DNA of 64,000 bases from Squalus acanthias (Eukaryota). Made by a program: the position numbers and the translations under genes. The stretch spans positions 20,648,001-20,712,000 of the forward strand of contig CM059433.1 in assembly GCA_030390025.1 (NCBI GenBank), written 5' to 3'. Position 1 is the first letter of the stretch. Every line of letters begins with the position of its first letter. The notes beneath the pieces are model-generated. The model ran no database searches. It was given only the letters and a program-made list of their open reading frames with translations, and was not told the DNA's origin. Shown here piece after piece: positions 60,491 through 64,000 of this stretch.

Positions 60491-60637
60491 GGGAGTGAAA
60501 TTTAACGCCCACCCACCGCAACTGTTCTGCCCCCCGCTCAGTTTTTCTTACCAGTGAATCGTCGGTAAGGGCGGGGGTGTATAACGGGCGACGAATCTGC
60601 TACTGCCCATTTGATGCCAAAGTAGAATTTCACCCCC
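60491..60637. mobile_element. Very short (147 bp) Harbinger-type MITE
   Basis: TIRs GGGAGTGAAATTTA and GGGGGTGAAATTCT, flanks ATT/GTT. Confidence 0.55.
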
Positions 60638-62978
60638 GTTGACAAGTGGGGTAAAGTCACAGACTACTCGGTGACTGCTGAGTTAGGTGAACAAATGTGC
60701 TTGCTGTGTAATCGCTGTTGTAAAGAGATCGTTTGTCGTTGCATTCACGTTGTTCCGTAGATTGTAAACCAAAACGTGTTTGGCATCGGCCCGCGAAATA
60801 CGTGCTTCAGGAAAACGAAAAAACGAGAGGAAGATCAGATTCAGTCGAAGTGCTGGTGTTCTACGTCGTCAGCAAATCAGGGAAAGCACGAACAGTGGCT
60901 GACAGCCATTGCACAGGCTTGCCAGGTTTTTAAATAACTTAAGAGGCAATGGTGTTTCAGCTGCTCCCTGAGACTTGCAGCTGCCCATGCCTGAAGTGCG
61001 ATCATAGTAATCAATTTGCTTTCACTTCATGGCTGTTAAACAACTTGTCAGAGCACAGTGTAACCTTCTCATCTGGGTCACATGGAACATCTATTTAATA
61101 TAGGTTGCCATGTTGCTCCTTGTGGATGAGTAGTTTGGTAATGTTTCCTGTAATATGATTATAATGAGAGTGCTTGTTTTTTTATCAGATTGCAAAAAAA
61201 ATGACTTCCTTATTGCTGCATCAACGGCAACATTACAGATTAAATGACCTTTTATTAACAGAAAGAGATATATACAGCATGGAAATGAAACCAAGCCAAA
61301 TTTACCAGAGGCAATAAGCAAATATCATTCAAGCTCTAATGCCTTGAAATTAGGCTGTTTGGATATTGGCGTGGAAACACTCAATGCATTCACATGGAAT
61401 TCCTTTCTATTTTAAGGCACACGCTAACCCATTTAAAATAAAAGGTTATCACTGCTGTTAAAATAATGAACAAGGGAATTTGATGCGCTGCTATTCCGAT
61501 ACATTTACTCCAGATATTTTGCTCGTGCTCTGTGCCGAAAACTACTCTTGTAAACAAGTCCACGCTCCCAAAGAAGTGGAGTGTGAGTTGATGCATGCAA
61601 TATCTGCTAATGTAGTGTTTCCCATGGGTTGAACTGAAACCCTTGTTACTGTAATAGATTACTGACTCAATACCAGCTCTCTTGTGTCCTACCACTTTTT
61701 GGATGTCAGAAGAATAAACACTATCAGATTTTGTAGCCTGGGCGATGAACTATGATTCAGATCATTTCAATGTGAAGGTTCAAGGATAAAGTCAATAAAT
61801 CAGGTCTCACTTGATTACAGAACTTTTAACTTCTGCTTCCTTATGTGCAAAAATACCAAAATACACTGAAATAACTCTCAGTGATACCAGCGTCCATAAA
61901 AAAGTTATTTGTGAGGTTTTGTCTAATTACCATCGAGTGTTTATGCATTCTCTTCATTCTCAATGAATCCAGGAGAACTTAAGAATTGGGGAAAGGATTG
62001 CTGAATATGTCTCACTGCCTGGCATGAAGCTGTCAGTCAGGCCCAGCATCCCCCTCCCCGCTTCCCCCACCAAGACACCCTGTGGGACATCTTGACATCT
62101 TTCCATGTTATAGGCACGGTTACTTGAATCCAAATTTCATAAGCCTTTGTCACTGAAATAAATGGCACTTGGCTGGCTGACAGCCTCATAACAGATGTTA
62201 GACTCAGATCCATGCATGCCTTTACAAATCAAAAAATAGAATATAAAGTTCTATAATAAATAAATATGATTGATTTCTGACCTGCCACAGTTAACACTTC
62301 TGCTAAAATAGCAGGCAAAGTAATACCTCTGTTAAAATAACAGGCAAAGGCATTTCACATGCTACTATTAAAAGACTAATTTCAAGAGCTGGGTTTTGGA
62401 AAGTACCCTTGTAGGATAGCATGTTGGCATATTGGCATCATAGTTTACCAAAATGCTGTGCCATCAAGCAAATTTATCTCAACTCTCCTGTGATGATGGT
62501 CTAGTTTTACGACGTGTAGATAACTGGTGAGTCTGCTCAAAGGCAGTGAGCTTTTGCATTGATTTACATGCTCTCTTCTAGTTGTATTATTGCAGTCAAG
62601 TTCGAGGCTTTGTCCATGTGACCTGGTCTACCATTCACTGAAACCTAGCTGCTGGCACCAATTCCTTTCGTAAAGTGTCAGAGCGTATGAAGGTTTAATC
62701 TCAGACATGAAACTGCTTTCCTTCTGTGAAGCTTCCAACACTCCTTTTACTAGTTTCTATGCTTCGCTATATTCTTTGTTTTTTTGCAGGGTTGCGTTTC
62801 AATCAATAAGTTACATTCATTTTTCCCAAAACAGTCGGTGCATTGTACGGAATAGAGCTTTCTTTAAGATGATTACTCTGCAATGCAAACTGTTGGAATG
62901 ACCTTAATTTACTTTATGACAAATTCGATCAAGTAATGATCACTGACATTGTCCATTTGGATTTGTTTTCTTTCACAG

Positions 62979-63173
62979 TTTTGCCAAGTCACACATGCGG
63001 CAATCCGGGCATAATACCGAAAGGAGTTCTACACGGCACCAGATTCAATATTGGGGATAAAATTCGTTACACCTGTGTCACGGGCTATATCCTGGAGGGT
63101 CACGCAATACTGACCTGTATTGTTAGTCCAGGAAATGGAGCATCATGGGACTTTCCACCACCTTTTTGCAGAG
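62979..63173 (+). CDS. CSMD1: Internal coding exon of CUB and Sushi multiple domains 1 (first Sushi/CCP domain; probably equivalent to exon 4)
   Basis: Acceptor tttgttttctttcacAG ends at 62978 and donor AG|GTAATG starts at 63174. The exon is 195 bp, phase 1-1, and translates to (V)LPSHTCGNPGIIPKGVLHGTRFNIGDKIRYTCVTGYILEGHAILTCIVSPGNGASWDFPPPFCR, with the four Sushi cysteines and Trp. It is nearly identical to the CSMD1 sequence I recall (…KGVLHGTRFNIGDKIRY…HAILTCIVSPGNGASWDFP…) and unlike CSMD2. Confidence 0.93.
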
Positions 63174-63496
63174 GTAATGTCACAATAATAACACGTTGTT
63201 CAAGCAAAATCCACGGAGGTGCAAACATGTTGTATTGTAAAGAGCCAGTGGGCGCAAAAGATGTTAACACAAACAATTTATCTCTGTGATTTTAAGTCCC
63301 CAGGCAACAGGTATTCAACATCTTCATTGTTGGGTTCTGAGACATTTTAACACATCTGTCATGTTTCTTGTGTTTAAGCCATTTGGTGTGTAATATTGCC
63401 AGTACTACAGCTAATGCATTTCTGTATCCCAATGAAACAATTCAAAAATGAGAAGTCGCACAACACCAGGTTATAGTCCAACAGTTTTATTTGAAA

Positions 63497-63538
63497 TCAC
63501 AAGCTTTCGGAGCTATCGATCGCCCCTTCCTCAGGTGA
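63497..63538 (-). ncRNA. Minimal type I hammerhead ribozyme motif
   Basis: Minus strand reads TCAC-CTGAGGA-A-GGGGC-GATCGATA-GCTCC-GAAA-GCTT-GTGA. Confidence 0.75.
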
Positions 63539-63831
63539 AGTAAAGAGATACAGAATCGCCAAAGCATATATAGATAGAGAACAATGCATGTGTTACTTAC
63601 AAAAGCAGACGACTACATTTAAATCAACCTGACTGTTTATCTGCCGAGGTGTGACAAAAGGCAATCAGGTCACATCAAAGACATAGCAAGATACAACTGA
63701 GACAATGAGGTGGAGCCACAGGAGGTCCAATGTGTCAAAAGCCGCAGTATGGGAAACGATAAACTTTAACATTTTTACTTTTTTACTGGGAATCACATCT
63801 GTTAACAAGCCAACGACGACTCGAGTCTGGA

Positions 63832-63999
63832 TCACGTCATGTATCGTGACATAAACCCAAGATCCCGGTTGAGGCCATCCTCATGAGTGCGGAACTTGGC
63901 TATCAGTTTCAGCTCGATGATTTTGCGTTGTCGTGTGTTTCTAAGTCCGCCTTGGAGAACGCTTACCCGCAGATCCGAGGCTGAATGTCCTTGACTGCT
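63832..63999 (-). CDS. C-terminus of the Penelope ORF (GIY-YIG endonuclease), partial
   Basis: My translation (too short for the ORF track): SSQGHSASDLRVSVLQGGLRNTRQRKIIELKLIAKFRTHEDGLNRDLGFMSRYMT*. It has the E…I..F.T…GLN signature of GIY-YIG domains. Confidence 0.8.
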   Translation of the reverse strand, partial: SSQGHSASDLRVSVLQGGLRNTRQRKIIELKLIAKFRTHEDGLNRDLGFMSRYMT

Positions 64000-64000
64000 G

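Larger units (their letters stand above)
1..62978 (+). other. Probable giant CSMD1 intron upstream of the Sushi-1 exon
   Basis: No other CUB- or Sushi-like exon is recognisable upstream in the window, and the sequence is TE-dense. CSMD1 is known for very large 5' introns. This is an inference. Confidence 0.75.
63445..64000 (-). mobile_element. Penelope-like retroelement 3' region, running off the window end
   Basis: GIY-YIG-type C-terminus followed by the hammerhead-containing terminal repeat shared with 34790-34915 and 35132-35218. Confidence 0.85.

Noticed and set aside
62936..63289. 117-aa single-exon ORF from the track
   Set aside because: Only 62979-63173 is Sushi-like and bounded by splice sites. 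The rest is intronic read-through.

Overview
Eukaryotic (vertebrate) DNA, not prokaryotic. The repeat content (HE1/V-SINE, Deu-domain SINE, CR1, Penelope, Harbinger) points to a cartilaginous fish, probably a shark; the species cannot be fixed from sequence alone. The only host coding exon I can support is a 195-bp + strand exon (62979-63173) encoding the first Sushi/CCP domain of CSMD1, so the first ~63 kb is most likely part of one giant CSMD1 intron. The intron is filled with transposable elements: (1) a complete 3.9-kb PIF/Harbinger DNA transposon with TIRs, a 3-bp TSD, a DDE transposase and a convergent three-exon Myb/SANT gene, both with few lesions; (2) a second Harbinger remnant and about ten Harbinger-type MITEs or derivatives, some nested three levels deep; (3) CR1-, L2- and Tx1-type LINE fragments; (4) two full-length single-ORF LINE copies that begin with a tRNA-like Pol III head; (5) tRNA-derived SINEs; (6) Penelope-like retroelement pieces, two carrying minimal hammerhead ribozyme motifs whose stem I covaries between copies, and two forming near-perfect 58-bp and 73-bp hairpins. 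Most short ORFs in the track are spurious or TE fragments. Family names are from recall, not from a database search.
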